The notes: generated by a model not told the origin, from the sequence alone. 18,178 nt of DNA from Promethearchaeota archaeon (GCA_048938445.1 JBHLME010000091.1:1-18178), one strand, 5' to 3'; shown: positions 1-8,421, counted from the first letter of the stretch. Numbers and translations are program-made.

Positions 1-898
1 TCAACTCAGGTAGTTTTAAATAATTTTTACCCTTTAATGTCTCACGATCATATCCAATAAAACGCTCCAATGTAGAATTGACATCAAGAATAGTCCCTTC
101 TAAATCAAATAGAACGACTGATGTGGGAGAATTATTAAAAAGTTGGCGATATAATTTTTCTGATTTTTTTAACTCATATTCCGCATTTTTACGATCAGTG
201 ATATCCCTTCCAATTAAAATGAGCTTTTCATTACCTTTGCTAGTAGTAAATTTTTTTCCACTTAGTTCAAGCCATGCATATTCCCCATTCTTCTTTTTTA
301 CTCTTAATGAACCAATTGCTTCTCCCTTAGTTAATAGTTCATTTAGGTGTTTTAAAGCATATTCGATGTCATTTGGGTGGACGAGATCATTTCTATTCTT
401 TCCAATAAATTCCTGATTAGAATATCCCATTATTTTCATAAAAGCTTTATTTATGTATTCATATTCCATTTTAAGGTTTGCAACTGCGATGAAATCATAT
501 GCATTTTCGGTGATTAATCTATATTTTTCTTCTGATTCCTTTAATTTTAACTCAATACTTTTACTTTCTGTTATATCAACTACATAACCAATAATTTCAA
601 AGGGATTTCCCTCATCGTCGAAGATTAATTGCACCGTATCTCGCATCCAATGATAATTACCATCTTTAAGTTTAAATCTATATTCAAAAACAAAGTGATC
701 TCTACTTTCTAATTCGGAAAGTCTTGCAAGTACACCTTCTACATCATCAGGATGAATATTTTTTACCCAGAAGTCGGGGTTTTCTAAAAATTCTTCTGGA
801 TCATACCCCCATAAGATCTTCACATTTTCACTAATATATTTTGCAGCATAATCTCCTTTAAATTCTGAAGTATAAGTCACCGCAGGTGCCGAGGTCAC
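1..898 (-). CDS. Multi-PAS-domain sensor protein, probably a PAS histidine kinase; partial, runs off the left edge
   Basis: Manual translation of the minus frame (open from 1030 to the window edge) gives VTSAPAVTYTSEFKGDYAAKYISENVKILWGYDPEEFLENPDFWVKNIHPDDVEGV...EYRFKLKDGNYHWMRDTVQLIFDDEGNPFEIIGYVVDITE (PAS_3+PAC), then ESEEKYRLITENAYD...LVHPND...IGRDITDRK (second PAS) and the start of a third PAS. First canonical in-frame start is GTG at 898. Not in the ORF track because the stop lies outside the window. A kinase C-terminus is inferred, not seen. Confidence 0.85.
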   Translation of the reverse strand, partial: MTSAPAVTYTSEFKGDYAAKYISENVKILWGYDPEEFLENPDFWVKNIHPDDVEGVLARLSELESRDHFVFEYRFKLKDGNYHWMRDTVQLIFDDEGNPFEIIGYVVDITESKSIELKLKESEEKYRLITENAYDFIAVANLKMEYEYINKAFMKIMGYSNQEFIGKNRNDLVHPNDIEYALKHLNELLTKGEAIGSLRVKKKNGEYAWLELSGKKFTTSKGNEKLILIGRDITDRKNAEYELKKSEKLYRQLFNNSPTSVVLFDLEGTILDVNSTLERFIGYDRETLKGKNYLKLPEL

Positions 899-1292
899 CA
901 GGTACTTGAAATCCTCTGAATCAATTATATTCCTAACATTCTCTCGTTGTCTGATGGTAATATCACGTTTTAAAAGTAATTTCCGGTTAGAGCAAGTGAA
1001 AACCGTTAAATCAAAATAAAATATAATATATCAAATTTTTTCTTTATATAATAATAAATTAGTTACCTTATTATTTAAATTGAAAAAAATAATGATCCTA
1101 TTTTTCACTCTATTCACTTTTTTCGAGATATAATCTAGTTATATTATATAATTTTAAATATTGTATTCTTTTAAACATGATTTCATATAACTTCTTGAGA
1201 TTTATCTCTTTAGTATCCGTAATATTAATAAAAGTGTAATTTATTATGTTAATAAAATAAGATTACTGCAAAAAAATAGGAGTAATATATTC

Positions 1293-3323
1293 TTGGATCG
1301 AAGAAAACTTCGAGCATTACTTCAATGGTATAGGCAAGAAGTAGGAGATGATTTTGTAGCAGTTCTCGTTATAAATCGAGATGGTATAGGTTTTGACGTA
1401 TTAACCAAAGATCCTCGCAAATCTGTACAAGAAACGTTATTGGGAAATGTAAGCTTACTGATTGATTTAATCCTTAAAAAAATTACTAGAGAATTCACGT
1501 TAGGTTCTTTTGGAGTAGGGACATTTGATACTGAAGAATATAGATATATATTTTGTGAAGCAGGCCCTGAATATGTTCTTGTAACCGTCTTAAATGCACT
1601 TGCTTCAGTAGATCCATACTTTCCTTATGCTTATCTAGCTGCTGAAAAAGTGGCACGTATTGCAGATGGAAGACCTGTTAGTCCTGTCATTCCAAAAATA
1701 TATGTTGATGAGAAAGAAAGAATCATCACTCGAAAAATGAACACGCTCCAACAAATTAAGATTCATTCCTCATTATATGCATATAAATTAATATTAGGAG
1801 GAGAAGGAGGCGTTGGAAAAACAAGCATGGTACATAGATTCGTTGATGATGTTTTTCAGGATGATTATAAGGCAACTATAGGGACTTCAATAACTAAAAA
1901 AGAATGTGAATTTGATGGATTAAATTCTAAGGTTCGTTTCGTGATTTGGGATTTAGCAGGACAAGTCCAGTTTAAAAGAGTAAGACAAGCATATTTAGCA
2001 GATTCAGAAGCAGGTATTTTAGCTTTTGACCTTACCAGAAGAGAAACTTTTGAAAATATTAGAGAATGGTATAAAGAACTCACGGAACATTCTCCACCAG
2101 GATTATATCTTATTCTGGTTGGGAATAAAAAAGATTTAGAAATTTCAAGAGAAGTTACAAGTCAAGAAGCAGAAGATCTAGCAAGAGACTTAGGATTATC
2201 ATATGTTGAAACATCAGCAAAAACAGGAGAAAATGTCAATGATGCGTTCAAAATGCTCGCAATGCAAATGATAAAAAGGTTTCTGGAGACAGAGGATCTT
2301 GAAAAAATTGATACCAGTATTATGGAAGAAGAAAGCTCTAAGCCATTTAAAATCATACCTGAATTCACCAGGATAACTGAAGAAGAAGAACTCAAGGAAG
2401 AAAAGGGTTTTATTCAAGAAGTAAAAGTCCGAATTAAAGATGTTTGGCCTTCTTTAGAAGAAGATTTTACACGTTGGTTAGAAAAAAATATTGAAAGCTT
2501 GAACAAAACATTAGACATGGCAATCACGACAGTTGACTTAAAAGGTGGAACTATACTTGGAAGAGATAAATATGGGAGTAGAGTGCTTGTTGAGTGTCAA
2601 TTTGGAGAAACAAGAGAAGAGATTCTGGGTAAAATTCTCACGTCCATAATTAGACATAATATAAAAATTGTCATATGGATAAGTGAAGAACCATTACAAG
2701 AACATGTGAAAGCAATTAACTCATTAAATAAGAGCATGATGAATGATGCAGTATATTATCTTTTAAAAGTTGAAGTATTTGAAAAGGAAAATGTTATAAA
2801 GCCAAATTTTAAAATAATTTGTGATCCACGTGAAGCGGAAGATAATACCATTAGGGATAACGAAATTAATGAAGAAAATCAAGTTTTATCACTTGAAAAC
2901 AAACGTTTAAAATTTTGGAATCAATTACTTGATAAAATTAATGAAAAATCTCTGGATCATTCTAATTTAACAGCAAGTAAATCTTCATGGCTTTTTATAC
3001 CTACTGGTAAAGAAGGATTAAATTATGCTTATAAAATCAAAGAAAACTGGGCATCAATAGAATTATTTTTGGATAACCATAATAGACTCGTCAATAATGA
3101 GAGATTTAAACAACTTCATAAAAAGAAAGAAGAAATTTTCCTTTTTTCTCATGCAATTGAATGGGACTATGATGAAATAAGAAGTTTTCAATCTTTAAGG
3201 ATCCGAATTAACGGAGGCTTAAATGATGAAACTAACTGGGATGCACTTCAAAATAAAATGATAGAAATAATGAAATTATTAAAGAATAAAGTAGATCCTC
3301 ATTTAATTCATCTCAGGCTTTAA
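1293..3323 (+). CDS. Roadblock/LC7 + Rab/Ras-like small GTPase + degenerate PD-(D/E)XK-like + DUF4268 fusion protein
   Basis: TTG start with AGGAG at 1278-1282. aa1-125 have a Roadblock pattern (helix, FVAVLVINRDG, helix, three strands, helix). aa163-330 carry G1 GEGGVGKTS, G2 YKATIG, G3 WDLAGQ, G4 NKKD and G5 ETSAK. Acidic linker follows. aa378-510 (DVWPSLEEDFTRWLEKNI...VLVECQFG...LGKILT...VIWIS) resemble the N-terminal nuclease-like domain of DUF4268 proteins. aa535-676 (RLKFWNQL...SWLFIPTG...IELFLD...FKQLHKKKEEI...IEWD...NWDALQNKM) resemble DUF4268. Confidence 0.88.
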   Translation: MDRRKLRALLQWYRQEVGDDFVAVLVINRDGIGFDVLTKDPRKSVQETLLGNVSLLIDLILKKITREFTLGSFGVGTFDTEEYRYIFCEAGPEYVLVTVLNALASVDPYFPYAYLAAEKVARIADGRPVSPVIPKIYVDEKERIITRKMNTLQQIKIHSSLYAYKLILGGEGGVGKTSMVHRFVDDVFQDDYKATIGTSITKKECEFDGLNSKVRFVIWDLAGQVQFKRVRQAYLADSEAGILAFDLTRRETFENIREWYKELTEHSPPGLYLILVGNKKDLEISREVTSQEAEDLARDLGLSYVETSAKTGENVNDAFKMLAMQMIKRFLETEDLEKIDTSIMEEESSKPFKIIPEFTRITEEEELKEEKGFIQEVKVRIKDVWPSLEEDFTRWLEKNIESLNKTLDMAITTVDLKGGTILGRDKYGSRVLVECQFGETREEILGKILTSIIRHNIKIVIWISEEPLQEHVKAINSLNKSMMNDAVYYLLKVEVFEKENVIKPNFKIICDPREAEDNTIRDNEINEENQVLSLENKRLKFWNQLLDKINEKSLDHSNLTASKSSWLFIPTGKEGLNYAYKIKENWASIELFLDNHNRLVNNERFKQLHKKKEEIFLFSHAIEWDYDEIRSFQSLRIRINGGLNDETNWDALQNKMIEIMKLLKNKVDPHLIHLRL

Positions 3324-3545
3324 CTACTTTTATTTATTATATTAGATTCAAACAAAACCTAAAATTAGTTTTTTTTTATCGAAAACCAATAAATAAGAAT
3401 AATATCTCCTCTTAAATAAGAAAGTTTTGGGTAGCTCAATCTAAAAATCTGCAAAAAATTGTGATTTTATCAACAAACCTATCAATAGGTTATATCAAAA
3501 ATATGAAATAATATTAAAAAAATAGATGAGAGGAAGAAATTAGAT

Positions 3546-4130
3546 ATGAATTTTAATGATTTTGAGATAAAAACAAGGATTTATGTGAATAAGAATAAAA
3601 TGGACGAGCTTCAATCGAAAAAAAAAATCTTTGGTTTCCTACAGATGAAATTATCAATTAAAGCGATAACAAAAGAATTTCAAGATTCAATAAGACACAA
3701 GTTAAATAAAAAACAAGGGATTCCAATAATAAAACTTGCCAAGGAATGGGAACTTAATGATATATTAAATATATACAATCGCTCTTTTCTTAGCTCAAAC
3801 ACGCCTTTCCAAAAGATTGAAATAGATTTCTTGAAAGAGCTTTATAATATACCAGAAATTTCATTCTATATAGCAAGATATAATGGTGTGCCAGCAGGGT
3901 TCATGATCTTGGATTTCGAAGGAGATAATAAAGAATATGGGTTTATAACTGCATTAGGCATATTACCTAGATTTCAAGGAAAAAGAATTGGAACATTACT
4001 AGGCATACAAGCTTGGAATCACTTTAAAGAGAAAAATATAGAAGAACTTAGATGTGAGGTGTATTTCACTAATCAAAAATCAATTAGTTTCTTGAAATCA
4101 TTGAAATTTGAAGAATTTGCGATAAGATAA
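3546..4130 (+). CDS. GNAT-family N-acetyltransferase
   Basis: Acetyl-CoA motif A LGILPRFQGKRIGTLL and motif B VYFTNQKSISFLKSLKF. Purine-rich GAGAGGAAG upstream. Confidence 0.88.
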   Translation: MNFNDFEIKTRIYVNKNKMDELQSKKKIFGFLQMKLSIKAITKEFQDSIRHKLNKKQGIPIIKLAKEWELNDILNIYNRSFLSSNTPFQKIEIDFLKELYNIPEISFYIARYNGVPAGFMILDFEGDNKEYGFITALGILPRFQGKRIGTLLGIQAWNHFKEKNIEELRCEVYFTNQKSISFLKSLKFEEFAIR

Positions 4131-4182
4131 AATGATTCAATATCATATTATCATATAATAAATAATGAAAGAGGAGAGTTAA

Positions 4183-4710
4183 ATGGAAATTATTCTAAAA
4201 GATAAGTATGAAATATCACTTGAAACACAAAAATTTATTTTGCAAATGTGCATGGCTCAATGGGATGCCCAATGGTTTTTAAAATCGATAAAAAAGTTTG
4301 GGATAGATATTGCTAACGAAATGAATCAAACAGTAGTATCGTCATTCGGAAAAATCGAGGCTAAGCACATTTTAAATGCATTAGGAATTAAAAAAGGAAC
4401 TATAAAAACAATACCCGAAGTGTTCAAGATAATGAACACGATCATGGATGTGATCATTCCAAAAATCATGAAATTCAAGATGGTAATTCATTCTGACACG
4501 GAGGGGGATGGTATTGTAAAAAAGTGTTTTGTATGGGAAGAAGTAAAAAAGGCAAACAATGAAAATAACTATGTTTGTGCATGTAATTTTCGACACCGGG
4601 GATGGATGGAAGCAATGGGAATAGATGGAGAGATCATTCCAATGAAACGATTTCCTGATGGAGATGATGAGTGCATATTTAAATTTATCATGGATAACAG
4701 TAATGATTAA
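4183..4710 (+). CDS. V4R/ATC-hydrolase-like (DUF6125-like) Cys-containing protein
   Basis: N-terminal WDAQWF motif, then C-x15-CAC and a terminal GDDEC, the pattern of 4-vinyl-reductase-like folds. GAGGAG Shine-Dalgarno upstream. Paralog at 7526-8074. Confidence 0.65.
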   Translation: MEIILKDKYEISLETQKFILQMCMAQWDAQWFLKSIKKFGIDIANEMNQTVVSSFGKIEAKHILNALGIKKGTIKTIPEVFKIMNTIMDVIIPKIMKFKMVIHSDTEGDGIVKKCFVWEEVKKANNENNYVCACNFRHRGWMEAMGIDGEIIPMKRFPDGDDECIFKFIMDNSND

Positions 4711-4745
4711 ATTTAGGGACTATTCTTATATTTTAAGATAAAAAC

Positions 4746-5600
4746 ATGATAAATATTAAGGTTAAGGTAGAACTCATCGATCAAGAACCAGTCAAGATTT
4801 ACAGGATGTCTACTTTAGATTTACAAGAGAATCCCGTGATGTGGGTTTCAGCGTTTTTAATAGATGGTCTTCTCATAGATTGCGGTCATCATCATGCAAA
4901 AGAATTATTATTAAAAAAATTAGATTTTGATGAAATTGAACTGTGTATCTTGAGCCATCATCATGAAGATCATTATGGTTCTGCGCGTGTTCTAATGAAC
5001 AAGTATGATATCCCTGTATTTGCTTCCAAAGAAACTGCTTATTTAATTCAACCAAAAATCAGAATACCTCCAGAAAGGATGTTGGTGTGGGGCATACCAG
5101 AATCATGTAAGGTTAACATCTTACCAAATCTTCAGGAGATAAAAACATCTAAAACAAAATTTAAAATCATTCCTTCACCAGGTCATTGCAATAACTTAAT
5201 ATCTTTTTTTCATAAAAAGGAAGGAATATTATTCTCGACTGATGCGATGATTGATAAAAAACAGTCTGTAATATTTTATTGGGAAAATGCCAATTTAATG
5301 TTAGAAACATTCAAAAAATTTAAAGCTTTAAGACCAGAATATTTGTATTCTTCAAATAGTAACATTTTTTCTTATGAAGATCTTGATCATCTCATCGAAT
5401 ATTGGATAAATATTAAAGAAAAAAGCGCTAAATTACATTCTACAGGATTAAAACCTAGAGAAATTGTTAAAAGGGTTTTTGGAAAAGAAAGTTGGTTAAA
5501 AACAAGCACGAGAGGCGATATATCTCGTGAAAATTTAATAAGGTCTCTTCTTCATCTACCTCCTATCTTCAAGAAAAGAAGGATGAAGAAAACTATTTAA
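4746..5600 (+). CDS. Metallo-beta-lactamase-fold hydrolase
   Basis: LLIDCG, HxHxDH motif SHHHEDH, PGH and bridging Asp (FSTDA). Confidence 0.88.
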   Translation: MINIKVKVELIDQEPVKIYRMSTLDLQENPVMWVSAFLIDGLLIDCGHHHAKELLLKKLDFDEIELCILSHHHEDHYGSARVLMNKYDIPVFASKETAYLIQPKIRIPPERMLVWGIPESCKVNILPNLQEIKTSKTKFKIIPSPGHCNNLISFFHKKEGILFSTDAMIDKKQSVIFYWENANLMLETFKKFKALRPEYLYSSNSNIFSYEDLDHLIEYWINIKEKSAKLHSTGLKPREIVKRVFGKESWLKTSTRGDISRENLIRSLLHLPPIFKKRRMKKTI

Positions 5601-5622
5601 AAAAACTAAATAATCACTATTT

Positions 5623-6813
5623 ATGTATGAAGAACTTAATGACTATGACCTTACTTTAAAAGCTTATAATTCAATAAAAAAAAAATTTAATTCTTTAGCG
5701 GTCCAATTACCAAAAAAAAAAACTTTTTTAGGATTTGATGGATATGTTGATTCTTTATACTCCTTAGTTGAATCTCGGGAAACTGTGACAAATTGGAAAA
5801 AAATGGAAACAATGAGGTTCTTTGGTGAACGAGTTTTGCAGGTAGCTGGAAGTGCCGCTAGTATTGAAAGAGTTTTAAAGAGAAAAATATCTGGAGGTTT
5901 TGCTCCTAATACTTGCAAAGCGCTAAATGGTATTGGGATGAATGTGACTCTCATGGCAGCAATTGGTTATCCTGAAATTCAAGATGTATTCATACCAATT
6001 ATTGAAAATGATACAATTGAAGCCATTCCAATTTCCAATCCTGGCGAAACTATAGGTCTGGAATTTGATGATGGTAAAATAATGCTCACTGAATTCGAAA
6101 ATATTTTCAACATAAATTGGGAACTTTTAAAAGAAAGAGTTGGATTAGATATATTTTCTGATAAGTTAGAAATAGCAGATATTATAGGAATGGGACACTG
6201 GTCTTTAATTCCAGAACTAACTAATATATGGAAAAAAATGTTAGATACAATAATTCCATCAATAAATACTAAAGACATGTTGTTTTTTGTAGATCTTTCA
6301 GATATCAAGAAAAGATCAAAAGAAGATATACTTGAAATGCTAAATACTTTAAAAAAAATCGAAGATTTCATGCCTGTCTTATTAAGCCTTAACGATCAAG
6401 AAGCAATAGACATTTCAAAAGCTCTAGATGGTGTTGATATAATTGATCCATCTAAACCAGAACACTCAGGTTATCATAAAGCTGGTTTAAATATCAACAA
6501 AAAAGCAAGTTTATCTTATCTAGTCATTCATTCGCCTTACTTTGCAACAATAACCACTAAAAATCACGATCATTTCTGGATAACAGAAGGATATACATCA
6601 AAACCAAGATTTACTACAGGAGCAGGAGATCATTTCCATTCTGGTACTGTCGCAGGATTAAGCAGTGGTTTAAGTCCAGCTGAATCAATTTTATTAGGGA
6701 ATGCATTAACTGCTATATTTGTTCGCACTGGTGAATCCCCAAACTTAGAAGATTTGGAAAAATTTGTGAGTAAATATATTGACTATATAGAGAAGGATAA
6801 TCCTAATATTTAA
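5623..6813 (+). CDS. PfkB/ribokinase-superfamily carbohydrate kinase
   Basis: C-terminal signature TTGAGDHFHSG with catalytic Asp, NxxE motif (LNDQEA) and N-terminal GG motif (SGGFAPN). Confidence 0.8.
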   Translation: MYEELNDYDLTLKAYNSIKKKFNSLAVQLPKKKTFLGFDGYVDSLYSLVESRETVTNWKKMETMRFFGERVLQVAGSAASIERVLKRKISGGFAPNTCKALNGIGMNVTLMAAIGYPEIQDVFIPIIENDTIEAIPISNPGETIGLEFDDGKIMLTEFENIFNINWELLKERVGLDIFSDKLEIADIIGMGHWSLIPELTNIWKKMLDTIIPSINTKDMLFFVDLSDIKKRSKEDILEMLNTLKKIEDFMPVLLSLNDQEAIDISKALDGVDIIDPSKPEHSGYHKAGLNINKKASLSYLVIHSPYFATITTKNHDHFWITEGYTSKPRFTTGAGDHFHSGTVAGLSSGLSPAESILLGNALTAIFVRTGESPNLEDLEKFVSKYIDYIEKDNPNI

Positions 6814-6874
6814 TGTGTTGCAAATATTCAAGTTAAATCAATCGCTAATTTTATAATTCTATATCCTTTTTAAT

Positions 6875-6894
6875 ATAGTAAGGGATCGAATTAT
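6875..6894. promoter_or_regulatory. Predicted MarR operator (autoregulatory site)
   Basis: ATAGTAAG-GGAT-CGAATTAT matches 13/16 arm positions of the palindrome ATAGTTCG-N4-CGAACTAT. It abuts a TATA-like TTTTTAATAT and lies 34 nt upstream of the marR ATG. Confidence 0.5.
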
Positions 6895-6928
6895 TATTAA
6901 ATAATAAATATAAAAAACTGATTATAAC

Positions 6929-7384
6929 ATGACTATGGAAGATTTGTTCATGGAATTATTTTATCTAGTAAAAAAAGTTGAAAAACAATTCAACAAAATA
7001 GAGCGGAAATTATTACAGGAACGACCAAAAATTGATAAAAAAAATATTACACCACCTCAATTTTTTGTATTAAGAATATTATGGTATCAAGATGGATTTC
7101 CATTGAACCACTTAGCAAAACTGGCGAGATGTTCCCGTTCTACTATGACCGGTATCATAGACACTATGGAAAAGAATGGATTAATAAAACGTATACCAAA
7201 TCCAAAAGATGGGAGAAGTACTTTAGTTAAGCTTACAAATGTAGGTAGAGAGCTTAGACATTATGCTCCTCCATTAGATACATATATGATGGAACATTGT
7301 GAAACGTTTAGCAAGGAAGAACTTCAAATGTTAATCTTACTTCTTAAAAAGTTCTTAAAGTGTTTAGGATCTAACGATTTATAG
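6929..7384 (+). CDS. MarR-family transcriptional regulator
   Basis: ITPPQFFVLRILW, wHTH LAKLARCSRSTMTGIIDTMEKNGLIKR and wing motif DGRSTLVKLT. Confidence 0.93.
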   Translation: MTMEDLFMELFYLVKKVEKQFNKIERKLLQERPKIDKKNITPPQFFVLRILWYQDGFPLNHLAKLARCSRSTMTGIIDTMEKNGLIKRIPNPKDGRSTLVKLTNVGRELRHYAPPLDTYMMEHCETFSKEELQMLILLLKKFLKCLGSNDL

Positions 7385-7432
7385 TCAAATAATGACGTGA
7401 TTGAATAAATAGTGTAGACATAGTTATGAAAG

Positions 7433-7477
7433 ATAGTTCGGATCCGAAACATTTAAATTGGTTCGGAACCTAATTAT
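7433..7477. promoter_or_regulatory. Tandem palindromic operators flanking an archaeal BRE/TATA box
   Basis: Site 1 at 7433-7452 is ATAGTTCGGATCCGAAACAT, containing the perfect 12-bp palindrome TTCGGATCCGAA at 7437-7448. Site 2 at 7458-7477 is TTGGTTCGGAACCTAATTAT. TTTAAAT at 7452-7458, preceded by a BRE-like CGAAA, lies between them. Confidence 0.65.
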
Positions 7478-7525
7478 AATTAGATAGTAATATAATTTTT
7501 ATAAAAATATGGAGAACCTAATAGA

Positions 7526-8074
7526 ATGAGAAATGATAAAGAACCACAAATTCATGAATTAGTTTCATCAATTCCTGAAAAAGAAAAATTTAACATGATG
7601 AGTAAAAATTGGTTATCTCATGATGCTCGATGGCAGATAGGATCTGTAATGTTTTTAGGATGGGATAAAGCAAATAAACTCAATCAAGATGTGACTAAAC
7701 AGATAGGTAAAATCTTGATGTTTCGGTTGATGAATGCCCTCAATATCTCTCAAGTAAACAATTTTCATGAACTAATGTTATTGTTAGGAACGGCAATTTA
7801 TCTTAATTTCTCTGTCAATCCATCTAATTGGCAAATGGAAATATTTTCAAATGAATTATGTAAGGTAGAAATTGAAAAATGTTTAACTTTTGAGAATATT
7901 AAACGTGCTGGAGCAATAGGAAATTATGATTGTGCTTGCTTTGCGTTGCGGGAAGGCTTTTTTGATGCTTTGAATTTACAAGTAGAACAATCCTGTCAGA
8001 AAAGTTTAATGAAAGGAGATGATAAATGTGAAATTTGTCTTAAAATAAAAAACTGGAATAAAAATAACAATTAA
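7526..8074 (+). CDS. V4R/ATC-hydrolase-like (DUF6125-like) Cys-containing protein, second paralog
   Basis: NWLSHDARW motif, C-x15-CAC and GDDKC, aligning by eye with 4183-4710. GGAG upstream. Confidence 0.65.
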   Translation: MRNDKEPQIHELVSSIPEKEKFNMMSKNWLSHDARWQIGSVMFLGWDKANKLNQDVTKQIGKILMFRLMNALNISQVNNFHELMLLLGTAIYLNFSVNPSNWQMEIFSNELCKVEIEKCLTFENIKRAGAIGNYDCACFALREGFFDALNLQVEQSCQKSLMKGDDKCEICLKIKNWNKNNN

Positions 8075-8089
8075 GCGGAGAAATATAAT

Positions 8090-8421
8090 ATGAACAAGGA
8101 TTTAATTAAGAAATCAAAACTTACCAAAGAAGAATTGAAGGAATTAGAAGAAAAAACAAGAGATCTTGATAAAAAGCAATCACATTATCTTGCCTATAGA
8201 CGATGATGAATGAAATTCGAAGGGAACTTTTACAATTTATCGGGTGTGAAATTAGATCCATTGATGAGATTAAAAATCAATTTAATATAGATTCAGATCA
8301 ACTTCAATATCACTTATCCATGTTAGAGCAATGTTTTTACATTATAAATTCAATTGAAGGATGGAAATCTACCCCTTTAGCCTTAGGATTTTTAGAAAAT
8401 GTGAAAATGGGTGACTATTAA
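8090..8421 (+). pseudogene. ArsR-like winged-helix protein split by an apparent 1-nt frameshift near 8200 (pseudogene or sequencing error)
   Basis: ATG 8090 with GCGGAG upstream opens a 38-aa frame (MNKDLIKKSKLTKEELKELEEKTRDLDKKQSHYLAYRR, TGA 8204-8206). The 72-aa wHTH ORF (MMNEIRRELLQFIG...SIDEIKNQF...QLQYHLSMLEQ) starts at 8203 in the -1 frame. Adding one base gives the contiguous ArsR-like helix HYLAYRxMMNEIRRELL. Confidence 0.65.

Noticed and set aside
78-416. 112-aa plus-strand ORF
   Set aside because: Antisense shadow of the PAS gene. S/F-rich with no motif.
3290-3323. Rab-type C-terminal prenylation signal on the GTPase fusion
   Set aside because: The protein ends PHLIHLRL with no Cys, so it is Rab-like by G motifs only and not a true Rab ortholog call.
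7433-7477. CRISPR repeat or transposon end
   Set aside because: Only two degenerate 20-bp copies with a 5-bp gap, and no cas or transposase gene. Better explained as operators.
8204-8209. Tandem TGA TGA as possible selenocysteine read-through
   Set aside because: The read-through frame has no redox motif and stops soon after. The -1 frame carries the recognisable wHTH, and no SECIS was recognised.
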